From positions 1-56,251 of the forward strand of contig MNWN01000036.1 in NCBI GenBank assembly GCA_001872545.1: a stretch of DNA of 56,251 bases. Reading direction: 5' to 3'. Below the pieces are notes generated by a model, which worked only from the letters and a program-made list of their open reading frames with translations, had not been told where the DNA came from and did not search any database. Shown here piece by piece: positions 17,470 through 27,316 of the stretch (positions are counted from its first letter, which is position 1; every line of letters begins with the position of its first letter). The DNA is from Parcubacteria group bacterium CG1_02_58_44. GTDB taxonomy: Bacteria; Patescibacteriota; Patescibacteriia; SG8-24. The position numbers and the translations under genes are program-made.

Positions 17470-19095
17470 TTAACGTTTGAATATGTTCCAGAGTCCGGAA
17501 AAGAATCTCTTTAGGACGCTACCCTCGTCTTTTTCCTGCTTTTTGGTCGGCACCGGGGCGCTGATTTCGGATGGACCGCTGTAAAGTCTTTTCACCCAAT
17601 TCCAGCGCGACGGCTTGTCGACAGTCCTCATTTTTTCCGTCTTTTTCGATCTTTCTGCTCGTGACGGACTCTCGGGCTGAGCCTCCGCCGCAGGCTGCTT
17701 TTCCGACGTGGCTTCGGCCGCTGCACCGGCTACCTCGGCCGTCCCGTCGTCTGTCGGAGCGCGTTCGGCACCGGCGACCGCCGCAGCCAGAATCGCTGCT
17801 TCCGCGGCCCTTTTCATGTTCCCTTCGACCCTTGCAAGGTCTTCGGCGGTTTTCTCGAGTCGTTCGTTTAGAACCCCGATCCGCTCCTCGTGTTGACTGA
17901 GATCTTCGGCAGTCTGAATGCGTCGTTTTTTCTCGGCGATGTTCTCCTTGACCGTCCGGCCGGTCTTGAGCTTGGCTTCCAGGTCGAAGATTTTTTCCTT
18001 GACCGCTTCCATATCGGACTCGATCTCCCTCTGGCTGCGCTTGTCCGGATTTTCCTGACGCAGCTTCTCCAGACGCCGGCGCTGGATCTCGATCTCGCCC
18101 CGGACCTCCTTGACCGTCTCGTCGTTTTCGTCCGGTTTTTCGCCCGGCGGCAGGTAAAGGTCCTCCATGTCCAGCAGCCGTTCCTGAAGCTCGGATCTGC
18201 TTCGTTCCAGGTTTTCCTTGTCTTGTTCAAGCTCTTCGGAAATCATCTCGCCGGCACCTTCGCCGCCCAACGTGTCCAGACCCGATGCCTGCTCGATCTG
18301 GCTGTCGAGCACGTCTTCCTGTAACTTCAGCCCGGCCAGTTCGGTCTTGATCTGCCGGTAGTCGGCCACGTTGTCTAGCATCTGTTCGGCCCCGTCTCCG
18401 TACTTGGCGGCGATCTTCTCCAGAGAATTTTTCAGCTCATCTGAATCCCGGCCAGAGGCCTCGATGCGCTGGTCGATCTCCTCCATCTCGCCCTTGATCC
18501 TGTCCTTGTCGGCCTTCTTGGTGGCGGCTTTCAGTTCCTTCGATTTTTGCGAAAACAGCTCCTTGTCCTGGTCGATTCGTGCGGAGAGCTCGGTCGACCG
18601 GTCCTGCAGGCCGATGATCTGGTCGCAGTCGTCCGGGAAATCCGGCGCATTGAGCGGATCCTCGACTCTCTTCTCCTGACGTTCCCAAAATTCCAGGCCT
18701 GTTTGAAGAATTTCGACCTGAGTTTGCGGATTCCCGCCCTCGAGACCCAGCTCCTTTCGGAGCTGTTCGGCCGGAATTTCTACTAGCGATCGTGCGACGT
18801 ACAGACTTTGGCATTTTGACGTCAGGATTTTTTGCTGGACTCCATCTTCACCGCCTAAGTTCGTGATCTTACCTTGAGCATCGGCGGCATTTTCGTCGTC
18901 CCCCTTGGCTGTAGCCAGCAGTTCTTTTAGGTTGAACTCCTCATCAAGATACCTGTTTAATAGTTGTTTTTGCATTTCGACGACTATGGAAGTTCTTTCC
19001 TTCTCGTCGGCTTCACTGCCGCCTTCTGGCTGTTCGGCACCGGTCTCGACCGACGACGGATCGGTCTCCGGTGCGCCTTCTTTTTTTGGTGCCAC
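17470..19095 (-). CDS. Long E/K/Q-rich coiled-coil protein
   Basis: 541 aa. Heptad-like charged sequence throughout, with a basic/aromatic tail (WNWVKRLY..FFSGLWNIFKR). I recognise no enzymatic motif. Confidence 0.75.
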   Translation of the reverse strand: MAPKKEGAPETDPSSVETGAEQPEGGSEADEKERTSIVVEMQKQLLNRYLDEEFNLKELLATAKGDDENAADAQGKITNLGGEDGVQQKILTSKCQSLYVARSLVEIPAEQLRKELGLEGGNPQTQVEILQTGLEFWERQEKRVEDPLNAPDFPDDCDQIIGLQDRSTELSARIDQDKELFSQKSKELKAATKKADKDRIKGEMEEIDQRIEASGRDSDELKNSLEKIAAKYGDGAEQMLDNVADYRQIKTELAGLKLQEDVLDSQIEQASGLDTLGGEGAGEMISEELEQDKENLERSRSELQERLLDMEDLYLPPGEKPDENDETVKEVRGEIEIQRRRLEKLRQENPDKRSQREIESDMEAVKEKIFDLEAKLKTGRTVKENIAEKKRRIQTAEDLSQHEERIGVLNERLEKTAEDLARVEGNMKRAAEAAILAAAVAGAERAPTDDGTAEVAGAAAEATSEKQPAAEAQPESPSRAERSKKTEKMRTVDKPSRWNWVKRLYSGPSEISAPVPTKKQEKDEGSVLKRFFSGLWNIFKR

Positions 19096-19235
19096 AATGT
19101 TGGTGGGTTATGGGGTCGCATTAGGTTATCCCCGTGATTTTATCATGTTCTGTGCGTTTGGCAATTGATAACCGTCATGGGTCGAAGGTCGGTGCCGTGC
19201 TATACTCCAACTGATTTTTAACCGGTCGGTCACTT

Positions 19236-20570
19236 ATGCCAAAGGAAAAACCGCTGTTCTACGATCACAGGTCCATGCTCAAGGAGCGGGTCGGTGTGGC
19301 CGGAGTGCGCTCGATCGACCTGGTCCGTCTGTCGAAACGGCTGGAGAAGGCACAGGCCAAGCTGAAGCTGGCGGCGGCGGACGGATCGGTCGGCTGGCTG
19401 ACCGTGCCGGAGCGACGGGCCGACTGCCGTGAGGTCAAGTCGCTCGCCAGGAAGATGTCCGCCGGACTCAAGACGCTGGTGGTCATCGGCATCGGCGGCT
19501 CCGATTTGGGGGCCAAGACGCTGGTCCGGGCGCTCAAGCCGGCCAGTCGCGGCTTGGACGTGCGATTCGTCGGATCGAACACCGATCCGGAGGAGATCGC
19601 CGATCTGCTTCGCACTGTGGACCTGAAAACCGCTCTCCTTAACGTGGTCTCCAAGTCCGGCGGCACCATCGAGCCGATGAGCACCTTCCTGCTGCTCAGG
19701 GACCGGCTGATGCGTCGGGTCGGCCGGAAGTCGCATGCCAGGCAGGTCGTCGCCACGACCGACCGGACGTCCGGCGTGCTGCGGACCATCGCCGACCGCG
19801 AGGGTTACGCTACGCTGCCGGTGCCGGACGACGTCGGCGGACGCTTCTCCGTTTTGACTCCGGTTGGACTTTTTCCGGCCGCCTGCGCCGGCATCGCGGT
19901 CGATGGACTGCTCCGAGGTGCGGTCGAAGTCCGCGATTCCTTTCTTTCTACTTCAGTCGGTCGCAACGATGCGCTGAACTTCGCCGGCCTGCACTATTTG
20001 GGCTACGCCAGACGCGGCCAGCGCATTACCGTGCTCATGCCCTATGCCGCCCGTCTCGACCTGTTATCTTCTTGGTTTCGCCAGCTGTGGGGTGAGAGTC
20101 TGGGCAAGGAGATCAATGTGGACGGCAGGATCGTCGGCCACGGCCTGACGCCGGTCGCTGCCTTGGGCGCCACCGACCAGCACTCGCAGATTCAACTTTA
20201 TAATGAGGGACCGTTCGACAAGATGATTACGTTCATCGAAGTCGGCCGCATGAGGGAAGACTTCAGCCTGCCGAATCCGTTCCCCGACCTGGAGGGCGTC
20301 TCGTACCTGGCCGGCAAGAGCTTCGGCGAGATTCTGCGGGCCGAACGTCGGGCCACGGCCATGGCGCTGGAGGACAACGGTCGGCCGAACGGCGTCCTTC
20401 ATATCCCCGAGATCAGTCCGGAGACGGTCGGCGGTCTGATGACTTTCCTTATGCTTTCCACGGCGGTCATGGCCGAGCTGCTGGACGTCAACGCCTACAA
20501 TCAGCCCGGCGTGGAGAAGGGCAAGCGGATCATCAGCGCCCTGTTGGGACGTAAGGGGTTCAAACTCTAA
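19236..20570 (+). CDS. pgi: Glucose-6-phosphate isomerase
   Basis: 444 aa. VVIGIGGSDLGAK, GGRFSVLTPVGL, and DQHSQIQLYNEGP. Confidence 0.93.
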   Translation: MPKEKPLFYDHRSMLKERVGVAGVRSIDLVRLSKRLEKAQAKLKLAAADGSVGWLTVPERRADCREVKSLARKMSAGLKTLVVIGIGGSDLGAKTLVRALKPASRGLDVRFVGSNTDPEEIADLLRTVDLKTALLNVVSKSGGTIEPMSTFLLLRDRLMRRVGRKSHARQVVATTDRTSGVLRTIADREGYATLPVPDDVGGRFSVLTPVGLFPAACAGIAVDGLLRGAVEVRDSFLSTSVGRNDALNFAGLHYLGYARRGQRITVLMPYAARLDLLSSWFRQLWGESLGKEINVDGRIVGHGLTPVAALGATDQHSQIQLYNEGPFDKMITFIEVGRMREDFSLPNPFPDLEGVSYLAGKSFGEILRAERRATAMALEDNGRPNGVLHIPEISPETVGGLMTFLMLSTAVMAELLDVNAYNQPGVEKGKRIISALLGRKGFKL

Positions 20571-21847
20571 TGAAAAAGTCGACCAAGGGCTCGGCTGAAA
20601 CCGAGGCGGAGGTCTCGTCCTGGCGGAAATATTGCCGCCGGATCGGTCTGCAGCGGAACGTGAAGTACGGTCTGGCGATTGCGGTTGTCCTCTCTTTGCC
20701 GTTCGTTTACCTTCTCTCCAGAGAGATGACGGTGGAGAGTTATGATCCGCTGCCTTCGGAGGGTCACTACCTGTCGGCCGCGGCCAGGTCGTTCGTCGGC
20801 CCTGGCGATGGCCTGCCGATCGGACACGTGGACACTCCGCCGTTTGTGCGCGGCATCTACGTCTCGGCCGCCACCGCCGGCTACAGTCAGCGGTTCGATC
20901 AGCTGATCGAAATGGTGGATCGGACCGACCTGAACGCCATGGTCATCGACGTCAAGGACGGTAACGGGGCGCTGTCCTTCGAGCCGGAGTCCGACGCGCT
21001 GAAGCCGTTCATGGCCAGACGTCCGGAACTCGGTCACCTAAAAGACTTCACTGCGCCGCTCAAGGAGAAGGGGATCTACCTTATCGCGCGCATTTTCGTC
21101 TTTCAGGATCCGACCTTGGCCGAAGCCCGGCCGGAACTGGCGATCGCCAGGACCACGGGCGGTCTGTGGCGCGACTACCGCGGAATACCCTGGCTCGATT
21201 CGGCCTCCAAGGAGGTCTGGAAGTACAACGTCGCCGTGGCGCGGGAGGTGTACTGGGGCGGATTCGACGAGGTACAGTTCGACTACATTCGCTTTCCATC
21301 CGACGGCGACCTGAGCACCATGTCCTATCCGGTCTGGGACCGGACCGAGAGCAAGTCCCAGGTCATGGCCGGATTCTTTAGCTACATCGACAAGGAGCTC
21401 AGGGTCATGGTCGGACTGCCGATCTCGGTCGACCTGTTCGGACTGACCATGTGGCAGCACGAGTTCGACATGAACATCGGGCAGAAGCTGTCCGACGCGC
21501 TGCCGCATTTCAATTTTATTTCCCCGATGGTGTATCCTTCCCACTATCCGCCGGGCTTCAACGGCTATCCGAATCCCGCGGATCGGCCTTACGATGTCGT
21601 GTACCTGAACCTGGTCCGCGGACAGGAGCTGCGTCAGCAACTGACGGACGAGCGGTCCGGCCAGGCCGACTTAGGCTCGTTTCGTCCTTGGATCCAGGAC
21701 TTCGACTTGGGTGCGGTCTACACCCCGGCCCTGGTGCAGGCGCAGATGAGGGCTTCGGAGGACGGCGGCGCCAGCGGCTGGCTGCTCTGGAACGCCAGGA
21801 ATGTCTACACCGTCGAGGCCTTGGGAACGGGCGAACAAGATAACTAA
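20570..21847 (+). CDS. Putative glycoside hydrolase-like TIM-barrel protein (DUF4015-like)
   Basis: 425 aa. N-terminal TM, then VRGIYVSA....LNAMVIDVKDGNGALSF and FDEVQFDYIRFP, as in DUF4015 proteins. Confidence 0.7.
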   Translation: MKKSTKGSAETEAEVSSWRKYCRRIGLQRNVKYGLAIAVVLSLPFVYLLSREMTVESYDPLPSEGHYLSAAARSFVGPGDGLPIGHVDTPPFVRGIYVSAATAGYSQRFDQLIEMVDRTDLNAMVIDVKDGNGALSFEPESDALKPFMARRPELGHLKDFTAPLKEKGIYLIARIFVFQDPTLAEARPELAIARTTGGLWRDYRGIPWLDSASKEVWKYNVAVAREVYWGGFDEVQFDYIRFPSDGDLSTMSYPVWDRTESKSQVMAGFFSYIDKELRVMVGLPISVDLFGLTMWQHEFDMNIGQKLSDALPHFNFISPMVYPSHYPPGFNGYPNPADRPYDVVYLNLVRGQELRQQLTDERSGQADLGSFRPWIQDFDLGAVYTPALVQAQMRASEDGGASGWLLWNARNVYTVEALGTGEQDN

Positions 21848-21858
21848 CCAGTCACTTT

Positions 21859-22554
21859 ATGAACACAGCTAATTCGCGAACGAAGACGATAATTTCAGCC
21901 GGGCTGCTCGGCCTGATGTTTCTGGGCGTAGGATGCGCCGCCAGAAACAGCGAACCGGTCGTAGAGAACGAGTCGGCCGTCGAGAGCGAGGTTGTACCGC
22001 TGATCGTCGAAGAAACCGATATGCAACAGCCATCAGCATCAGACACGCCCGAGGAAACAGCGACCGAACGACCTCAAGTGCCGGTCGAACCGGTCGGTAT
22101 CCTGCCGGCGGAGCGAATCGAGGACCGTCAGGTCAGGGTCAAGACCAACAGGGGAGAGATCGTCTTTGAGCTGTTCGCCGAGGATGCGCCCAAGGCGGTC
22201 TCCAACTTCGTGGCCTTGGCCGAGAGCGGCTACTACGACGGACTGACGTTTCATCGGGTCGTGCCCGGGTTCGTGATCCAGGGAGGCGATCCCAGCGGCA
22301 ACGGGACGGGCGGACCCGGATACAAGTTCGAGGACGAGCCGGTGACGCGCGACTATCTGGCCGGAACCGTGGCCATGGCCAACGCCGGACCGGACACCAA
22401 CGGCAGCCAGTATTTCGTCTGTCTCGAGGATCAGCCGACCCTGCCCAAGAACTACACGATCTTCGGTCAGGTCACTTCCGGCCTCGACATCGTCCGGTCC
22501 ATAGCAATCGGCGACGTCATGGAGACCGTAACCGTCGAGCCTAAGCAGCAATAG
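21859..22554 (+). CDS. Cyclophilin-type peptidyl-prolyl isomerase, probable lipoprotein
   Basis: 231 aa. LGVGC lipobox-like signal, then FHRVVPGFVIQGGDP.GNGTGGPGY and MANAGPDTNGSQYF. Confidence 0.92.
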   Translation: MNTANSRTKTIISAGLLGLMFLGVGCAARNSEPVVENESAVESEVVPLIVEETDMQQPSASDTPEETATERPQVPVEPVGILPAERIEDRQVRVKTNRGEIVFELFAEDAPKAVSNFVALAESGYYDGLTFHRVVPGFVIQGGDPSGNGTGGPGYKFEDEPVTRDYLAGTVAMANAGPDTNGSQYFVCLEDQPTLPKNYTIFGQVTSGLDIVRSIAIGDVMETVTVEPKQQ

Positions 22555-22565
22555 CCCCCAAACCG

Positions 22566-23525
22566 ATGGAGCCGCCAATGCCGCCGCTGCACCCCAAGAC
22601 GCCGTCGCTGCTCGACCATCTGGGCCTGCGCATAATCGACGTCGTCAAATGGAACCTGCTGCTCTGCGTCCAGAAGGACGATTCCGGTTCTGTGCCGACG
22701 CACGTGCTGAAGTTCGGCATGGACCGCCGCAAGACCGAAAGCGTCGACTACGAGACGCGCATCATGCGCGAAGTCCTGCCGGTCTTGGATCGGGAGGACT
22801 TCAGTCGGTTGGTGCTGCCTGAGCTGCTGGGTTCCGGCGAGCATGACGGTCTCCATTGGCTGGAGACCCAGTACATCGCCGGCCAGCCCCTGGTTCACCG
22901 GTGGTCGGAACTGAATCACAAGCCGAACATCCTCGGCGGCAAGGGCCTGGAGGCGGACACGGCCGTGGCAGTGGTCGATATCCTGCGCGACTTGAGGTCG
23001 GTGGACATTGGAGCTCTGCCGGATTTCGTTCGGAGGTTCGACTTAGGCCTGTGGTCGAAGGAGTTCGACAGGCATGCCGAGGACCTGGTACGCCTCAGCT
23101 GGCTGGACCAGCCTTCGATCGATTTCGCGTCAGAGCTCTTCAGCAAGGTCCAGACCGAACGCTATCAGGGTTCGATGTTCACCAACGGCGACTTTTATCC
23201 GCGCAACTTCATTCTGCTGCCCGAGGGCAAGCTGGCGGTCGTCGACTGGGTCGGCGGCGTTGATCCCTGGGAGTTCGTGGCCGTGCATGCCTGGCTGATG
23301 ATGTGGGGCAATCCGGATTGGCAGAAGAGATACGTCCAGGAACTCAAGGTTCACTTTCCGGTTGATTTGGGTGCGCTGCAGGTCGGACTGGTGGTTCGTT
23401 CGTTCGATCTTCTGTGGCGCTGGAAGGACGAGTCGGAGGCCGACCTGAGTCAGGCCCGCGCCCAGATGTCGGAATACCTTAGGCAGTGCTTGGACCCGGA
23501 ATACGTTCGTCGGATATTTGAATAG
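22566..23525 (+). CDS. Aminoglycoside-phosphotransferase-like kinase family protein
   Basis: 319 aa. FTNGDFYPRNFILLPEGKLAVVDW resembles the APH/choline-kinase catalytic loop plus the DxD region. Confidence 0.65.
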   Translation: MEPPMPPLHPKTPSLLDHLGLRIIDVVKWNLLLCVQKDDSGSVPTHVLKFGMDRRKTESVDYETRIMREVLPVLDREDFSRLVLPELLGSGEHDGLHWLETQYIAGQPLVHRWSELNHKPNILGGKGLEADTAVAVVDILRDLRSVDIGALPDFVRRFDLGLWSKEFDRHAEDLVRLSWLDQPSIDFASELFSKVQTERYQGSMFTNGDFYPRNFILLPEGKLAVVDWVGGVDPWEFVAVHAWLMMWGNPDWQKRYVQELKVHFPVDLGALQVGLVVRSFDLLWRWKDESEADLSQARAQMSEYLRQCLDPEYVRRIFE

Positions 23526-23544
23526 TCTTTGAGATTTTGAAAGG

Positions 23545-23569
23545 GGACTGCTACGGCGGTCCTTTTTTT
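23545..23569 (+). terminator. Rho-independent terminator
   Basis: GGACUG-CUACGG-CGGUCC followed by a U7 run. Confidence 0.65.
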
Positions 23570-23570
23570 C

Positions 23571-23787
23571 TGTCATCCCGGAATCGAGACATTCCTTAAC
23601 TTGTCATCCCGGAAATGCGATTCCTTTTGATTTGTCATCCTGGGCCAAGACCCTTCTTGATTTGTCATCCCGGAAATCGCGTCAGCGATTATCCGGGATC
23701 CAGTGCTTGAGTTTTTTGCTTCTGGGTCCCGGGTCTCCGCCCGGGACGACAAAGGATGATGTTGCTGCTCAGGGACCGGGACGACAA
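23571..23787. repeat. Array of TTGTCATCCCGG units: 4 direct copies (period 31/31/30 nt) plus 2 inverted copies, with embedded palindromes
   Basis: Direct units start at 23571, 23602, 23633 (variant TGTCATCCTGGG) and 23663. Inverted CCGGGACGACAA at 23741-23752 and 23776-23787. A 14-bp palindrome at 23667-23699 and an 8-bp palindrome at 23726-23747. Confidence 0.85.
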
Positions 23788-23894
23788 TACACTATCAATC
23801 TTTTTTGCCTTTTTTGTCCTTCGATGCTTTCGTTGGGAACGAAATCCGAACGGTTCCGTAAGGCATATCTCAAACAGGCTCTAAGTGTGGTACG

Positions 23895-24794
23895 ATGGGG
23901 ACGCAAGAAATTATGAAGAGACTAATTTTCGTCATCGTTTTGGTGGTCGTAGCCGTGCTCGGATTTTGGTTCGGCCGCTCCAGCCTGTCGCCGGCCCCTC
24001 TTCAGGAGGAGACCAGAACGGTCAACACCTCCTATCCGCTGCTACCGCCGCCGCCCGAGTCCGAACCGTACGTGCCGGGAACGCCGGTCGACGCGGAGGC
24101 CGGCCTGCCGCTGCTGCTCGAGACGCCGGTCGACGGTGCGGTCGTCAGTCCTCCTTTCGAGGTCTCCGGCCGGGCTCTGGTCGACCAAGGGCAGGTGACG
24201 ATTGCCGTCGTCGATGCCAATGGGGCGGAAGTGTTCAGTCGTCGTCTGGCGGTGGCCGCGCCTGCCGGCGAGAAGTACGGCCGTTTCGCCCTGACGGTCG
24301 GCGACTTGGGACAGGTCGGCGACTTGATCCTGCGTGTTTCGTTGCCCGAGAGCGACGATCCGGAAGCGGTGCAGGTCAGGAAGATCAGCTTCGCCCAGCC
24401 GGACACGGTGGAGGTGCAGGTCTACTTTTCCAACCAGCAGCTCGATCCTTGGGTCGACTGCAGTAAGGTCTTTTCCGTCAAGCGGACGGTCTCCAGTCGC
24501 AGCAACATCTTCAGGGCCGCGCTGGAGGCGCTGCTCGCCGGACCCACCGAGAACGAGGCTACTTACGGATACGTCTCGCAGCTTCCGGCTAACGTAAAGA
24601 TAAAGTCGGTCGGCGCGGATGCGGACGGAATCGTCACGGCCGACTTCGACCGGAATTTGGATCGGGGAGTGGCCGGCTCGTGTCGAGTCGGGGCCATCCG
24701 GGCGCAGATCGAGGCGACGCTCAGGCAGTTTCCGGAGGTGAAGAGTGTCGTCGTTTCCGTCGAGGGAGAGAAGGAAGGAATCCTGCAGCCCTAG
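23895..24794 (+). CDS. Membrane-anchored Gmad2 Ig-like + GerMN domain protein
   Basis: 299 aa. TM helix, PVDGAVVSPPFEVSGRA (Gmad2-like), and a C-terminal GerMN-like region (VQVYFSN....ALEALLAGPT..E...GY.S.LP). An alternative start exists at 23913. Confidence 0.78.
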   Translation: MGTQEIMKRLIFVIVLVVVAVLGFWFGRSSLSPAPLQEETRTVNTSYPLLPPPPESEPYVPGTPVDAEAGLPLLLETPVDGAVVSPPFEVSGRALVDQGQVTIAVVDANGAEVFSRRLAVAAPAGEKYGRFALTVGDLGQVGDLILRVSLPESDDPEAVQVRKISFAQPDTVEVQVYFSNQQLDPWVDCSKVFSVKRTVSSRSNIFRAALEALLAGPTENEATYGYVSQLPANVKIKSVGADADGIVTADFDRNLDRGVAGSCRVGAIRAQIEATLRQFPEVKSVVVSVEGEKEGILQP

Positions 24795-24806
24795 GCGATT
24801 CTTTCG

Positions 24807-26063
24807 GTGATATCCATGCGCAACTATTCGGTAACGGAATTCGTCGGTTTCCTGAATGCCGCCCTGAACGAGGCGGTTTTTCCTGACGGCGTGGCCATCG
24901 AGGGCGAGGTGGCCGAGTACCGCGTCTCCCAGGGCAAGTGGATCTGGTTTCTGCTCAAGGACAACAGTTCGGTCTTGCCCTGCTTCGGGACGGTCTGGAA
25001 ACTGAGGCAGCCGCTCGAGGACGGCTTGCAGGTGCGCATTTACGGTCAGCCCAAGGTCCATGAGCGGAGCGGCAAGTTTTCGGTGGTGGTCGACCGGGTC
25101 GAGCCGGTCGGAGAGGGCGCCCTGAAGAGGGCCTATGAGCTGCTCAGGAAGACGCTCGAGCGGGAAGGTCTGTTCGATCCGGTTCGTAAGCGCCTGTTGC
25201 CGAAGTTTCCCCGTCGCATCGGCCTGGTCGCCTCGCGCGAGTCCGCGGCCTACTCCGATTTCCTGCGCATACTCGGCAACCGCTGGTCCGATACCGAGGT
25301 CAACTCGGTCCACGTTCAGGTCCAGGGCAAGGATGCGGTCGATGATATCGTGTCCGCCTTGAGTTTCTTCTCTGCCCATCCGGAGTTGGCCGACGTGCTG
25401 GTGCTGACGCGCGGCGGCGGTTCGCTCGAGGACCTGCAGGCCTTCAACTCCGAGGAGGTGGCCCGGGCCGTGTTCTCGTCGAAGGTGCCGGTGGTAGTGG
25501 GCGTGGGGCACGAGCGCGACGAGACGCTGGTTGACTTCGTAGCCGACGTGCGTGCCTCGACTCCCTCTAATGCGGCGGAGATCGTGGTGCCCGACCGGAT
25601 TGAAGTCGGAGCGGCGGTCGAGTCGCTTCGTCATCGTCTGGTCGGACGGATGGAGCAGACGGTCGGGGATCGGCTGACTGACATGGACCGTTCCGTTCGG
25701 GTGATGGAGCGGGGAATCATGTCGGCCGTGTCCTCGTTCCGACATCGGCAGCGTGACTTGGCCGACGCTTTCGTTTTGTTCGCCGACCGGGTGGCGAGTT
25801 CGTCTCGTGACCTGTCGCGGCTGGAGGCCGGGCTTCTCACCGCACCTGATGCGCTGATCTCACGACTAACCGAACGACTCTCGAGCGGTAGCCGTCTGCT
25901 CGAGAGTCTGAACCCGAAGTCGGTCCTGCGTCGCGGTTACGCCATCGTCAGACATCAGGGGCGACCGCTCAGGGACGCCACTTCAGTCGCCGTCGGCGGC
26001 CGGGTGGACATCGAACTGCATCGGGGGCAGGTCGGGGCCAGAGTCGAGGACATCTCAAAATAA
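24807..26063 (+). CDS. xseA: Exodeoxyribonuclease VII large subunit
   Basis: 418 aa. OB-fold N-terminus (SVTEFVGFLNAAL..IEGEVAEY) and RGGGS.EDL..FN.E.VARA. Followed by xseB. Confidence 0.93.
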   Translation: MISMRNYSVTEFVGFLNAALNEAVFPDGVAIEGEVAEYRVSQGKWIWFLLKDNSSVLPCFGTVWKLRQPLEDGLQVRIYGQPKVHERSGKFSVVVDRVEPVGEGALKRAYELLRKTLEREGLFDPVRKRLLPKFPRRIGLVASRESAAYSDFLRILGNRWSDTEVNSVHVQVQGKDAVDDIVSALSFFSAHPELADVLVLTRGGGSLEDLQAFNSEEVARAVFSSKVPVVVGVGHERDETLVDFVADVRASTPSNAAEIVVPDRIEVGAAVESLRHRLVGRMEQTVGDRLTDMDRSVRVMERGIMSAVSSFRHRQRDLADAFVLFADRVASSSRDLSRLEAGLLTAPDALISRLTERLSSGSRLLESLNPKSVLRRGYAIVRHQGRPLRDATSVAVGGRVDIELHRGQVGARVEDISK

Positions 26064-26101
26064 TGAAAACATAGTCACGTCATTCGTAATCACATTCATC
26101 T

Positions 26102-26326
26102 ATGCCGCAGAAGAAAAGCGCCTCAGAGGGGAAAGTCGATTTCGGTCGGTGCTATGCCGAGCTGGAGCAGATCATCGACTGGTTCGACGCCGGCGAGGTT
26201 GACTTGGATGAGGGCCTGAAGAAGTTCGAGCGCGGCTTGGACCTGGCCCAGAAGTGCCGTCAGAGGCTGTCCGAGGTGGAAGTCCGGGTCAACGAGCTGA
26301 AGCTGAAGTTCGGCGAGACCGTGTGA
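26102..26326 (+). CDS. xseB: Exodeoxyribonuclease VII small subunit
   Basis: 74 aa. FGRCYAELEQIIDWFDAGEVDLDEGLKKFERGLDLAQKC. Confidence 0.9.
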   Translation: MPQKKSASEGKVDFGRCYAELEQIIDWFDAGEVDLDEGLKKFERGLDLAQKCRQRLSEVEVRVNELKLKFGETV

Positions 26327-26369
26327 TATACTGTCGGTAGGAATTTCGTAACGCAAAAACGAAAATCGC

Positions 26370-27128
26370 ATGGACATCCTTAACTCAAGGAAAACGATCC
26401 TGCGCCTCGGACTGGTCGTCGCCGTACCGGTCTTGGCCATGTTCCTGCTGCCGGCTTACGGCCAGTCAGGTCAGCCCAGATTCGACCTGCCTATGGCCTT
26501 TCTGGTCGGACTGACGCTGATTCTGCTGACCCATCAGGCAGCCGAAAAGCGACATCGCCTGATGCAGACCATAAATCTGGAACTGAACAAGCTGCGTCGC
26601 ATCTATCATCTTTCCAGGAACCTGAGCGAATCGGACAGTCAGCGTTATCGCAGCTGGTTCACCGAACTGCATGGTCATCTCTATCGTTACCTGAGTGCCT
26701 TTTCCGGACGCGACTTCGGCTGCTACGAGGATACGAATTCCGAGTTTCGCGAGCTGAGCTATCACGTCTACAAGGTTCCGGAGCTGCGTTCGAACAAGGA
26801 GGAGGCGCTCTACGACGACCTGCTGCGGACGGTCGCCAAGGTGGCCGAATCGCGGCAGCAGATCAAGGAGTCCAAGGATTCCCGCATGTCGGTCTATGTC
26901 TGGCTGGTCGTGCTGCTGCTGATCGTCGGGCTGGTGCTGTCGGTCTGGCTGTCCACGGTCGACGTCTGGACCTCCCGACTCGCCGCCGGAGTTACGTTGG
27001 CCGGATTCCTGGCGGTAGTTGACCTGCTGTACGAGGTTGATACCCTAGCCTCGGAGTACCGGTCTATCGCCCAGCGCTACGTCGACAACGTCGGACGGAT
27101 CGAGCTTCGACGGCGCGAAGACGAATAG
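26370..27128 (+). CDS. Membrane protein, possibly DUF4239-like
   Basis: 252 aa with two N-terminal and two C-terminal TM helices around a helical soluble core. The family call comes from architecture only. Confidence 0.6.
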   Translation: MDILNSRKTILRLGLVVAVPVLAMFLLPAYGQSGQPRFDLPMAFLVGLTLILLTHQAAEKRHRLMQTINLELNKLRRIYHLSRNLSESDSQRYRSWFTELHGHLYRYLSAFSGRDFGCYEDTNSEFRELSYHVYKVPELRSNKEEALYDDLLRTVAKVAESRQQIKESKDSRMSVYVWLVVLLLIVGLVLSVWLSTVDVWTSRLAAGVTLAGFLAVVDLLYEVDTLASEYRSIAQRYVDNVGRIELRRREDE

Positions 27129-27316
27129 CCGTAGGCAGTCCCATGAAGAACAACTCCAGGACCAGAGGTAAGGGAAAGAAGCTCGGTTACCGGACGCCCA
27201 GCACTTTCCGTTCGGCACCGCGACGTCCGTTGTCCGACCCTGTACATCGACCGAAATAACAATGAGACCTGACCCTTCCGGATCAGGTCTTCTCTTGACC
27301 GCATAACCATACAGCT

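Noticed and set aside
23571-23700. A CRISPR array.
   Set aside because: The units are contiguous at a ~31-nt period with no unique spacers of spacer length. There are only four copies plus inverted partners, and there are no cas genes in the window.
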